A stretch of DNA of 27,620 nucleotides from positions 1 to 27,620 of IMG/VR virus record IMGVR_UViG_3300008255_000394, one strand, 5' to 3'. Positions within the stretch are counted from its first letter, which is position 1, and each line of letters begins with the position of its first letter. The notes beneath the pieces were generated by a model. The model searched no databases, was not told where the DNA came from, and was given only the letters and a program-made list of their open reading frames with translations. Of the stretch, positions 17,584 to 26,454 are shown one piece after another. This stretch comes from a virus (taxonomy: Duplodnaviria > Caudoviricetes). The position numbers and the translations under genes are program-made.

Positions 17584-18261
17584 ATGACAACAATTGAATT
17601 TCAAAATATAAGGGAAGAAATATGTAATACACTTAGAAATGCAGATATATTTACTATTACCATAAGAGGAGTAACTACTACTACCGATACTATTACAGCG
17701 ACGGCAGGACAAACAATTTTTACTTTGACCAACAGCACAGTAAAAAATATAAGAAGTTTATCTGTTGCTTCTGTTAGTAAATATTATATAAATGATTACA
17801 CAGTTAATTGGTCTACTGGAGTAGTAACACTTTTAGTTGGAGCTGGAGTTGGAGAAGAAGTAATAATAAATTATGATTATGGAACTGGAGATAAAATATA
17901 TCCAGATTATCCAAGAAGTGATTTAACATTAACGAGTTATCCAAGAATAGGAATTAGTTTAGTAAGTGGAACAACAACACCCTTTGGATTGGGTGGAACT
18001 ACTCATATATCTGATTTAATAATAACTATATTTCTTTGGATGCCAGTTAATAAAGATAGCAATATTTCAGGTGGATTAGGCGGGACTAAAGATTTAAATG
18101 ATTATATGTCTGATGTAAGAAGTACTATGAGAACAAATGCAAAATCATTTTATTCGTTTAAGTATATTACACCAACTGGAGTAAATCCAATTACAGTAGG
18201 CACAAATCAAAAAATAATTCAAGCATCACAAGATTTTAATATTAAATTCCTCGTAGAATAA
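17584..18261 (+). CDS. Probable tail terminator protein with inserted beta-rich domain
   Basis: IYPDYPR, YPRIGI; position before tail tube. Confidence 0.6.
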   Translation: MTTIEFQNIREEICNTLRNADIFTITIRGVTTTTDTITATAGQTIFTLTNSTVKNIRSLSVASVSKYYINDYTVNWSTGVVTLLVGAGVGEEVIINYDYGTGDKIYPDYPRSDLTLTSYPRIGISLVSGTTTPFGLGGTTHISDLIITIFLWMPVNKDSNISGGLGGTKDLNDYMSDVRSTMRTNAKSFYSFKYITPTGVNPITVGTNQKIIQASQDFNIKFLVE

Positions 18262-18408
18262 ATGATAATAATAAAAATGAACAAACAAGATGGAAGTTTT
18301 CACTTAGTAATAGAAGGAGAAGAATGGTCTTTTAAAGAAAAAGAAAGACTTATGAAAATATTAAATGAACTAATAGATTATAAAGATAAATTCGGGAGAA
18401 TTAAATAA
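18262..18408 (+). CDS. Hypothetical 48-aa protein (not in ORF track)
   Basis: MIIIKMNKQDGSFHLVIEGEEWSF...; abuts upstream stop. Confidence 0.5.
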   Translation: MIIIKMNKQDGSFHLVIEGEEWSFKEKERLMKILNELIDYKDKFGRIK

Positions 18409-18420
18409 ATGGGGGATAAA

Positions 18421-18528
18421 ATGAATTTTAAAAAAGTTTGGGAAAAAACAATACAAGTTTTAGTTGGAATAAGTGCAGTATTGTTTTTTGCATGGATTAT
18501 AAAAATATTAATAACATCAATTTTTTAG
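18421..18528 (+). CDS. 35-aa single-TM protein (not in ORF track)
   Basis: MNFKKVWEKTIQVLVGISAVLFFAWIIKILITSIF; GGGGA upstream. Confidence 0.45.
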   Translation: MNFKKVWEKTIQVLVGISAVLFFAWIIKILITSIF

Positions 18529-18560
18529 ATACTCAATTAAATCATAGGAGGTAAAAAATT

Positions 18561-19532
18561 ATGGCACAAAATTATGTTAGTGGTTATGCAAGTTATGTAA
18601 ACTATGGATATGAATTGACTTATGGAGCAGGAGCAGTAAGTGCAAGAACATTCGGTCACGGAACTAAAATAACCCATACCAGAAGAAATAATATGGAAAG
18701 ATTGTATGGGCTTGGTGCAAGAAATGCAACTACTACAATAGCAAAAAAATATGAAGGTTCGGCAAGTGTTGAATTTGTTTTAAGTAATGGTAGTTTTTTT
18801 AGAGCTGTTTTAGGAACTGTAACAGATGGAGGAGCATCACCTTACACTCATACTTACACAGAAGCCAATACCATACCAAGTTTTGCAATAGATACAGGAA
18901 CAGAATTAGGCACAAACGACGAAGTAGTAGAACTTCAAGGATGTAAAGTAGCAAGTTTGACACTTACAGCAGCAATTGATGAAGTAGCAAAAGTAAGACT
19001 TGAATGTCCTTATAAGACAGAAACACTTACAACAAGTGGAATAGGCAGTCAAGTTGCGGAAACTGAAAGTCCATTTACATTCGCACAAGGCACACTTCAA
19101 TTACCAAGTGGAAGCACAATCGGAGCTGTTCAGTCTATTGAATTAACTATTAATAATTCAATAGAAGGACTTTGGGGATTAGGAAGTAGAGTAAAAACTG
19201 CACAAGTAGAAAAAATAAGAGAATATAACATTAAAATGACAGTTGCATTTAATGATGTAACTACTTTATTGACTAAATTCCTTGGGGCAAGTGGAGCACC
19301 AGTTGCAGGAACTCCAGCAGCACAAGCAACGTTAATCCTTACATTTACAAATGGGGAAACAGGAAGTGCTCAAAGGAGTTTCGTAATGACCTTAGCGAAT
19401 ATTTATTTGGATGAAGATAGTTTACCAAAGGATGTAAATGAAGTACTCAAAGAAGATGTAAGTGGTTGGGCATTAAGTGGAACAAGTGTAGTTTATTCCA
19501 ATAATGTAGCGTCAGATGATGACATTCCTTAA
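18561..19532 (+). CDS. Major tail tube protein
   Basis: YGYELTYG N-terminus, YGLGAR and WGLGSR repeats, GCKVASLTL, SIELTINNSIE; no sheath gene; GGAGGT RBS. Confidence 0.85.
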   Translation: MAQNYVSGYASYVNYGYELTYGAGAVSARTFGHGTKITHTRRNNMERLYGLGARNATTTIAKKYEGSASVEFVLSNGSFFRAVLGTVTDGGASPYTHTYTEANTIPSFAIDTGTELGTNDEVVELQGCKVASLTLTAAIDEVAKVRLECPYKTETLTTSGIGSQVAETESPFTFAQGTLQLPSGSTIGAVQSIELTINNSIEGLWGLGSRVKTAQVEKIREYNIKMTVAFNDVTTLLTKFLGASGAPVAGTPAAQATLILTFTNGETGSAQRSFVMTLANIYLDEDSLPKDVNEVLKEDVSGWALSGTSVVYSNNVASDDDIP

Positions 19533-19571
19533 GGGACACCAACATCACAATTAAACGCAGGAGGAATAAAG

Positions 19572-20033
19572 ATGGCTTATGCCAAATATCATAGGAAAGA
19601 AAAAGAAAGAGAAAAATCAAAAAAAAGATATGATATGGGATTATACAATCGTAAGAATAAGAAAAACAAGTATAAAAAAAAGGGATATAATCCAAATTCA
19701 AAACCTATAAAAGAAAAACATTGGAATTGGAAAGGGGGAATTACTCCTTTAAGAGATGTAATAAGACATCTTTTTGAATATAGGCAATGGCGTTCAGATG
19801 TATTTACAAGAGATAATTTTACTTGTCAATATTGTGGGGTTAGAGGATGTTATCTTGAAGCAGACCATCATATAAAATCATTTGCACAAATTATAGAGGA
19901 GAACAATATAAATACAATTGAAAAAGCAATTAATTGTGAAGAATTATGGAATCTTAATAATGGAAGAACTCTATGTAAAGATTGTCATAATTTAACTAAA
20001 ACAAGGAGGTTAAATAAATGCAAAAAGATATAG
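19572..20033 (+). CDS. Free-standing HNH endonuclease 3
   Basis: HWNWKGGIT, WRSDVFTRDNFTCQYCG, DHHIKSF, NNGRTLCKDCH. Confidence 0.92.
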   Translation: MAYAKYHRKEKEREKSKKRYDMGLYNRKNKKNKYKKKGYNPNSKPIKEKHWNWKGGITPLRDVIRHLFEYRQWRSDVFTRDNFTCQYCGVRGCYLEADHHIKSFAQIIEENNINTIEKAINCEELWNLNNGRTLCKDCHNLTKTRRLNKCKKI

Positions 20034-20320
20034 AAATAATTTGGAATGGAGAAAATAAAGTCGTAAGAATGAAAAGACTTACATTCGGAGAAAGAAATCA
20101 ATTAACTGAAGAAGCAGTTGATATAAAAATAGTAAATGGACAAGCAATTGCTAAAGTAAGTCAAAAAAATCTAATAGAACTTGGTCTTCTTAAATCCATA
20201 GTAGATGCACCGTTTACAATAGACCTTAAAACGATACAAAATTTAGACCAAGAAATAGGAGACCTTTTAACGAATGAATTTTCAGAATTAAATCAACAAA
20301 GTCCAAAAAAAAAAGATTAA
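20018..20320 (+). CDS. Tail assembly chaperone (gpG-like)
   Basis: Between tube and tape measure; ends in A10 slippery run (PKKKD*). Confidence 0.85.
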   Translation: MQKDIEIIWNGENKVVRMKRLTFGERNQLTEEAVDIKIVNGQAIAKVSQKNLIELGLLKSIVDAPFTIDLKTIQNLDQEIGDLLTNEFSELNQQSPKKKD

Positions 20321-20514
20321 TTAATCAAGCAATAGATGGAATTATAATAAGTGATAATGAAATAAATAAAATAATAACTTATTTAATTTGTGCGAGAGAA
20401 TTTGGTTGGACACCAGACCAAACAGATAAAATAGACAATCTTTTGCTTGAAGGAATTTTAAGTGGATTAGGCAGAATTAAAGAAAGAGAAAATCAAAGTA
20501 TAAAAAATGGCTGA
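20305..20514 (+). other. -1 programmed frameshift site and gpGT-like extension
   Basis: A10 run then G at 20305-20315; -1 frame RLINQ...CAREFGWTPDQTD...KNG* is open to 20514 with no ATG. Confidence 0.85.
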
Positions 20515-21619
20515 TTTAACAATTTTATTAGAAGATAAAGGAGGAAGTGAAAAAACAAAAGGAAGTATCTCTGGATTACTTTCAAGTTTTGTTAAAGGGA
20601 ATGTAATATCAGATTTAATACTTCAATCAGTTAAAAAAACAGCAAATCTTTTAGAAGGAATACCTATGATTACTTCTATTTTTAAAATATTTAAATTAAT
20701 ATTAACGTTATTATTTTTACCTCTTATACCAATTTTAAAACCAGTTTTAATTGCATTAGGTCAATTAGCGAAGAAACTTGCTATGGCGGCTTCTGGAGGA
20801 GCGGGTTTTGGTGAAATGATTACCCTTCTTTTCGAAGAAGGTAAAAAGATATTAGGACCAGTATTAGAAAAATTATGGGAAGATTTAAAAGACCCCCTTA
20901 TGAAAGGATTTACAACATTTATAGAAGAGTTTATCCAAATTATTATACCAATTTTAGTATCTGGATTTATTCAATTTACATTTGAATTATTTAAAAATAT
21001 TCCAGATATTTTAAGTGCAGCATGGAAAGGACTTTTAGAAGGATTAAAAACAGTTTGGGAAGATATTAAATCAAATACAGGAACTTATGTATTAGTTTTT
21101 ATAGGGGTTTTATTAGTTGGGCTTGTTGCTGGTATTTTAATTGCATTAGGGGTTGCTGTAGGGGGATGGGCAATAGCATTATCTTTGGCGTTGGTTGGTT
21201 TAATTGTTTTAGTAGCAAAATGGCTTGCAGAAAGAATACCGATTTGGTTTGATAAATTAAAAGAATTCGGAACTTGGATATGGAATACTTTAGTTAGTAT
21301 TTTTACTACTGCATTTGAAGTAATAAAAGGGATTGGTTCATGGATATGGAATAAAATAACTTCCTTTTTTGGAGGCGGAGAAGATGAAGGTCATCAACTT
21401 GGACTCGCATATGTTCCGGCCCAAGGAATGTATAAATTGCATAAAGGGGAAAGAGTTTTAAGTGCAACAGAAAGAGGGAAACAAAGTTCAGGTGGAATGA
21501 CTTTAAATATTAATATAGATAGTCCAACATTTAGAAATCAAGATGATATTAAATTATTAGTTCGAGAAATAGAAAACAGAATTAAATCAGAGATGAGGAG
21601 ACGTGTTTCATATGCCTGA
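20507..21619 (+). CDS. Tape measure protein (short, 370 aa)
   Basis: Amphipathic W/F-periodic helices, hydrophobic segments, C-terminal YVPAQGMYKLHKGERVL; position after chaperone. Confidence 0.8.
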   Translation: MADLTILLEDKGGSEKTKGSISGLLSSFVKGNVISDLILQSVKKTANLLEGIPMITSIFKIFKLILTLLFLPLIPILKPVLIALGQLAKKLAMAASGGAGFGEMITLLFEEGKKILGPVLEKLWEDLKDPLMKGFTTFIEEFIQIIIPILVSGFIQFTFELFKNIPDILSAAWKGLLEGLKTVWEDIKSNTGTYVLVFIGVLLVGLVAGILIALGVAVGGWAIALSLALVGLIVLVAKWLAERIPIWFDKLKEFGTWIWNTLVSIFTTAFEVIKGIGSWIWNKITSFFGGGEDEGHQLGLAYVPAQGMYKLHKGERVLSATERGKQSSGGMTLNINIDSPTFRNQDDIKLLVREIENRIKSEMRRRVSYA

Positions 21620-21743
21620 ATTTAATTTAACCACTTTAGAAAGATTAATGACTATGAATAATAATTTTTTATATAAAATTCTTGAGCAATTAAATGAAAT
21701 AAAAAATGAAATTAAATTAATTAAATCGGAGGTAAAAAAATGA
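21612..21743 (+). CDS. 43-aa coiled-coil ORF (not in ORF track)
   Basis: MPEFNLTTLERLMTMNNNFLYKILEQLNEIKNEIKLIKSEVKK; GAGGAG upstream, ATGA overlap with HNH4. Confidence 0.45.
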   Translation: MPEFNLTTLERLMTMNNNFLYKILEQLNEIKNEIKLIKSEVKK

Positions 21744-22237
21744 CATTTCAAAAAGGAGAAAAAAATTTTATGTTTGGTAAAATACCTTGGAATAAAGGTA
21801 AAAAAATGTCTAAAGAAACAAGAGAAAAACTTAGTGAAAGTCATAAAGGTAAAAATATAGGACACCCAAAATATAATTTTAAATCGGCATGGAATAAAGG
21901 ATTAATTGGTTTCAAATCTGGTTCAGAACATTATAATTGGAAAGGGGGCATTACTCCATTTAACAGAAAATTAAGATGTAGTTCTAAATGGAAAATTTGG
22001 AGAGAATTGGTTTTTTTAAGAGATAATTTCATTTGCCAAAATCCAAATTGTGAATATTGTCGTAACAAAATTGGAAATATGTTGCATCCGCATCATATTA
22101 AACCAATAAGTTTATATCCAAAATTAGCATTCGATGTAAATAATGGAATTACTTATTGCAAGGAATTTCATATAAATTCAAAAAAACTACATAAAGGAAT
22201 TTTGAAAGGAGGAAGATTACAATTACATACACATTAA
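21740..22237 (+). CDS. Free-standing HNH endonuclease 4 (NUMOD3)
   Basis: PWNKGKKMSKETREKLSESHKG, HYNWKGG, VFLRDNFICQ, HPHHIKP, NNGITYCKEFH. Confidence 0.92.
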   Translation: MTFQKGEKNFMFGKIPWNKGKKMSKETREKLSESHKGKNIGHPKYNFKSAWNKGLIGFKSGSEHYNWKGGITPFNRKLRCSSKWKIWRELVFLRDNFICQNPNCEYCRNKIGNMLHPHHIKPISLYPKLAFDVNNGITYCKEFHINSKKLHKGILKGGRLQLHTH

Positions 22238-22587
22238 ATGCTCATGCACTTGGAACAGTAACAAGTGAAGAAAGTACAAAAGATGCACAATTATTTCAAA
22301 TGCCAATTCCAATGTCTGATAGTAGAGATACTATTATGTTAGATTTATTTGGGGCAAGTAGAACAATTACAATAACAGGTATTTGGACTGCTGGAGATGG
22401 GACTATTTCTACTTTCATAACTTGGTTAGATGGTTTAGTAAATGGAACTCAAACACCAATTAGTTTTGTGAGTGATAAATCTGGAGTACCTTATACAGTT
22501 TTAGTTCAATCAGTAAAATGGTCAAGTGAAGAAGCAGGAGTAAATAAACTTGATTATACAATTAATATGGTAGAGGGTTCGGCATGA
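22222..22587 (+). CDS. Distal-tail-like protein; probable start is ATT at 22222
   Basis: Frame open upstream of ATG 22300 (TYTLNAHALGTVTSEESTKDAQLFQMP), AGGAGG at 22207-12; DLFGASRTITITG. Confidence 0.6.
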   Translation: MTYTLNAHALGTVTSEESTKDAQLFQMPIPMSDSRDTIMLDLFGASRTITITGIWTAGDGTISTFITWLDGLVNGTQTPISFVSDKSGVPYTVLVQSVKWSSEEAGVNKLDYTINMVEGSA

Positions 22588-24458
22588 TGCTTCAAAAAAC
22601 AGAAATTAATAATATAGATGTAAGTAGTAAAATAATAAACTGGGAATTAGAAAAAACTTTTGGAGATGCTATTTCTCAGATAGAAATTAAATTAGTTAAA
22701 ACAGTATCTACTTTATTAACAATAGAAACAGGTCAAACTGTTGAAGTGTGGAGAGGATGGTCTGTATCAACAGAAGAAAAAATATTTGATGGTTATATTG
22801 AAAGTTATGAACCAGAAGGGGGAATTATTAAAGTAATTGCAAAAGACAAATTATGGGATTTAATAAGAAAAGAAGTCACTCATGTATATGACAAAACCAT
22901 AGATGCAAGTGCTGGAGTAATAAGCGAAATATTCAGCGATTTAGTAATTACGTATGGTTTACTTACTGCTGACGCAACAAGTATACAAGACAGCGGAACA
23001 ACTATTTTATTAGATAAATTTGTTTGTAATCATACTGATATTTTTGAAAGATGCAAAGAACTTGCTAAATTACTTGATTGGCAATTTTATTATAATTCAA
23101 ACACCGATAAGGTTTACTTTGAACCAAGAGGTTTTGTAAATAATTCTACTATCTTAACTATTGGAGATAATATAATAAACGTTCCTAAATGGACTTATGA
23201 TAATACTGAAATGGTTAATGATTTAACTGTTGTAGGTGCATTTCAGGAAATAGAAACAACAGAAAGCGGTCAAATAGATGTAACTGCTAATTATACAACA
23301 TCAAGTATACTCCTTAGTTTTGAACCAATTAGTGTTAAACTTTATATGGATGCGGCAAATCCACCCACCACTTTAAAAGTTGGAGGTTTGCCAGATAGTA
23401 CTGGAACTTATTTTTATTATGTAGATAAACCAAACAAAAAAATAATTCCAGCAACTGGAACAAGTTTTACAACTAATCATTTTGCAGAAATTCGTTATTC
23501 TCACGCAGTGCCAATTCCAGTGCATATGTATAATCAAATTAGTATAGATGATTATGGTCAGTTTAAAAAAACTCTTACTTATAATGATATAAGAAGCGTT
23601 TCCGACGCCGAACAAAGAGCAACTAATTATTTAATTAAGTATTCTACACCTTTTATTTATGCAACTCTTAAAGTAAAAAATGTAAGCACTTATAATTTAA
23701 GAGAAGGAAATATAATAAGAGTAGTTGATAGTGTTTCAACGCCAAATGTAGATAAAAATTTAGTTATTACAAGATTGAGAATTAGATACCCAAGTGATTA
23801 TGACGAAATAGTAGTAGGAGATAAAGCATTTAGATTAGCAGAATGGCAAAGTTCAGTAGAAGAAAGATTAAAACGTTTAAATGAAAATGAATTAGCAAAT
23901 CAAGATTTAATAAATGAAATTCTTACTTTTGATAATACCGTAAGCAATCAAATTCAACCAGTTCCAAGATATTATAAAATAATAAAACAAGACTTTACAG
24001 GGACTGATGAATTAATTTGGAATAATGCAGACTATGGAACTTGGGGGAGTTTTAAATGGTCAAGTGGTGCGGGTCCAGCAGAAGTAAATCATTTTATTCA
24101 ACAATATAATAACTCTTATACTGAAACCTTTTTTGATGATGATTTTAAATCTGGAAGTAGTACTGCTACTTGGTCAAACGCAGATAAATGGCTAAGTTTT
24201 ACATCGGGACAAATTGGTCAGAGTTTAAGTATTGATTTTAATAACTCAACAATTACCACAGCGACGTTAACAGCGACGGTATCAAGTGGTAGTTTTACCT
24301 ACCAAATGACAGCAAACGGAGGAACTAATTGGGAGAATGTAACAAACGGAGTTGCACATACTTTTTCAAATACTGGAACAGACCTTCGTTGGAAAATAAC
24401 AGAAAACGCAGCAAGTACAGGAAAGATAACTCAAATAGTAATAAATTCATATCATTAA
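22584..24458 (+). CDS. Baseplate hub/tail-tip protein
   Basis: KIFDGYIE, LAKLLDWQFY...VYFEPR, VNDLTVVG, SIDDYG, LREGNIIRVVD. Confidence 0.8.
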   Translation: MMLQKTEINNIDVSSKIINWELEKTFGDAISQIEIKLVKTVSTLLTIETGQTVEVWRGWSVSTEEKIFDGYIESYEPEGGIIKVIAKDKLWDLIRKEVTHVYDKTIDASAGVISEIFSDLVITYGLLTADATSIQDSGTTILLDKFVCNHTDIFERCKELAKLLDWQFYYNSNTDKVYFEPRGFVNNSTILTIGDNIINVPKWTYDNTEMVNDLTVVGAFQEIETTESGQIDVTANYTTSSILLSFEPISVKLYMDAANPPTTLKVGGLPDSTGTYFYYVDKPNKKIIPATGTSFTTNHFAEIRYSHAVPIPVHMYNQISIDDYGQFKKTLTYNDIRSVSDAEQRATNYLIKYSTPFIYATLKVKNVSTYNLREGNIIRVVDSVSTPNVDKNLVITRLRIRYPSDYDEIVVGDKAFRLAEWQSSVEERLKRLNENELANQDLINEILTFDNTVSNQIQPVPRYYKIIKQDFTGTDELIWNNADYGTWGSFKWSSGAGPAEVNHFIQQYNNSYTETFFDDDFKSGSSTATWSNADKWLSFTSGQIGQSLSIDFNNSTITTATLTATVSSGSFTYQMTANGGTNWENVTNGVAHTFSNTGTDLRWKITENAASTGKITQIVINSYH

Positions 24459-24471
24459 ACAAAAGTGAAAA

Positions 24472-24479
24472 TTTAAATA
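24472..24479 (+). promoter_or_regulatory. Archaeal TATA box (TTTAAATA)
   Basis: 21 nt before ATG 24501. Confidence 0.75.
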
Positions 24480-24500
24480 ACAAAAAGTAAATAAATATTT

Positions 24501-24902
24501 ATGGCAACTGGGTTAGTTTTAACAACCAAAGGGAAATTAATTGCTTTTAATAGAACATTTAAAACAACGCCAGATTATTTAGAACCTTCTTTATTTAAAG
24601 TAGGGACTGGAACTACAACACCTTCAGTTTCCGATACCGATTTAGTTACTCCAGTTGTAATAAGTGGAGGAAGCACAACTAAATCTTTTTTGACTGGATA
24701 CCCAGTGTTAGATGAGACAAACTTAAATTCAACTATACGTTGTTTACTTCTTACAACAGAAGCAAATGGAAATAGTTTAACAGAATTTGGAATATTCAAC
24801 AACGACGCAACTAAAAAATGCTTTAGTAGAGCAGTTCATACCTCAATAAGTAAAACAAGTTCAATACAGGTTAGTTATATTGAACGTGACCATATATCTT
24901 AA
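24501..24902 (+). CDS. Tail-tip structural protein
   Basis: LTTKGK, VGTGTTTPSVSDTDL, EANGNSLTEFGIF. Confidence 0.7.
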   Translation: MATGLVLTTKGKLIAFNRTFKTTPDYLEPSLFKVGTGTTTPSVSDTDLVTPVVISGGSTTKSFLTGYPVLDETNLNSTIRCLLLTTEANGNSLTEFGIFNNDATKKCFSRAVHTSISKTSSIQVSYIERDHIS

Positions 24903-24903
24903 A

Positions 24904-25017
24904 ATGAAAAAATTAAATGTTGAAAAAGAAACCAGAGAAAAATATAAAATTGCAGCTAAAAGAAGATTAGTTATCTCTGAAAATCAAATAATTAAAATAA
25001 AAGATAAAGTAATATGA
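24904..25017 (+). pseudogene. 37-aa ORF, possible NUMOD3/HNH remnant
   Basis: MKKLNVEKETREKYKIAAKRRLV...; ATGA-coupled to next gene. Confidence 0.3.
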
Positions 25018-26048
25018 CATTTGCAACTGGATATTTAGCAGAAGTATATGATGTAGGAAGTCTTAAATATTATAGTCTTTCTTATACAAAAAACGCTTGT
25101 TATGCATTGTTAGCACATTCAGCTACTACTTGGACAGCAATACAAGATTCTTCAACCTTTAGAACAACAGACGCCGGAGTTACTTGGGCAGCAGCAGCGG
25201 CAGATATAGGTGATATGACTGGTGTTAGTAAAGTTTGCACAGCAGATAAAACCAAAGCAATAAGTTGCGACCATGATTCAGGTAATGTTTCTTATTCAAC
25301 TGACTCAGGAAATAATTGGACAAGTGCTACAACAGACCCGGCATTAATTACAAGGGTTTTCGATTTAAGTTTTATTACTACCGGTGTGGCGGTAGTTGCT
25401 TGTGATATTGGAACCGCAGCAAGAAGTATATTTTATTCAACAGATGGAGGAAATAATTGGACGATTTGTGCTACTGGACCAGCAGTTGATACAGTTGCTA
25501 TTGATATGTTTGATGCTACAAATGGGATTGCTGTAGATGTAAGTGGTAATGTTTGGACATCTTCTGATGGAGGTATTAACTGGTCTGACACTACTTACGC
25601 GGTAGTTGGTGCTGCCAGTCAAAGTTCTATTAAATGTTTAACCTCTTCTACTTATGTTTTTATTCAGGCTTCTAATGATATGGTCCAAACTGGAACCACA
25701 AGCACTGATGGAGTAACAAGAATACAACAAGTTTTTGGAGGTAACTTTCCAGCTTATACATCTAATTTAATTAAAGCATCAAATGGAAATTTATATTTTG
25801 TTTTGTATAGTTTCAGAGATAAAGCAGAGATAAACGACTTAATTTCAAATATTACTTTATATAAATCTTCTGATTCTGGGGTTACTTGGGCTGTAAGCAC
25901 AATTCCAATATTAGATATGATGTATAGAACTACTATGTTTACAAATGAAGACGCCAAATCGCAATTAGTTGAATATGATACAAATAAATTTTTATTAAAA
26001 GCTGGCACTTATTTAATATTAAAAATAGATGAGAGTTGGGACGCATGA
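25014..26048 (+). CDS. Asp-box (BNR) beta-propeller, candidate receptor-binding protein
   Basis: TTDAGVTW, STDSGNNW, STDGGNNW, SSDGGINW, SSDSGVTW. Confidence 0.8.
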   Translation: MTFATGYLAEVYDVGSLKYYSLSYTKNACYALLAHSATTWTAIQDSSTFRTTDAGVTWAAAAADIGDMTGVSKVCTADKTKAISCDHDSGNVSYSTDSGNNWTSATTDPALITRVFDLSFITTGVAVVACDIGTAARSIFYSTDGGNNWTICATGPAVDTVAIDMFDATNGIAVDVSGNVWTSSDGGINWSDTTYAVVGAASQSSIKCLTSSTYVFIQASNDMVQTGTTSTDGVTRIQQVFGGNFPAYTSNLIKASNGNLYFVLYSFRDKAEINDLISNITLYKSSDSGVTWAVSTIPILDMMYRTTMFTNEDAKSQLVEYDTNKFLLKAGTYLILKIDESWDA

Positions 26049-26254
26049 GAAAAACATTTATAAAGATTACAAACATGGATATATATAACACAATTAACGA
26101 ATTAAAAGAAGAAAACTCAAGACAGCATAATTTAATAATAAACCATCAAATAGAAACAAATGGAAAAGTAAGATTAAGCAAATGGATAGCAACTACAGCA
26201 CTTAGTTTAATTCTTGCTTTCACAATAGGTTTAGTTGGAAGGAGTTTAATATGA
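26045..26254 (+). CDS. Membrane protein (coiled coil plus C-terminal TM)
   Basis: ATGA start at 26045; hydrophobic C-terminus. Confidence 0.6.
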   Translation: MRKTFIKITNMDIYNTINELKEENSRQHNLIINHQIETNGKVRLSKWIATTALSLILAFTIGLVGRSLI

Positions 26255-26454
26255 CAGATATAAGAAGTAGAGATAAAAAAACATATTTAAAGAATTTATA
26301 CGGAATATTAAGCATCTTAGCTGGAACATTTTTATTAATTGAACATATTTTTAATTGGGGAGAATTTACTTTTTTTGATTTCTTTGGACATGAATGGTTA
26401 GGATTTATTTTAATAATTTTTGGAATAATTTTAAATATAAATTTTAAAAAATGA
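26251..26454 (+). CDS. Two-TM membrane protein
   Basis: Two hydrophobic segments. Confidence 0.6.
   Translation: MTDIRSRDKKTYLKNLYGILSILAGTFLLIEHIFNWGEFTFFDFFGHEWLGFILIIFGIILNINFKK

Noticed and set aside
19530-19574. Readthrough fusion of tail tube to HNH3 (same frame across TAA)
   Set aside because: HNH3 has its own AGGAGG and ATG; a shared frame has a 1-in-3 chance.
21600-22240. HNH4 (or the other HNH genes) lying inside BHB introns
   Set aside because: Some flank complementarity (GTG..TATG/CATACAC) but no 3-4-3 geometry in the right orientation, and flanking genes are not clearly split.
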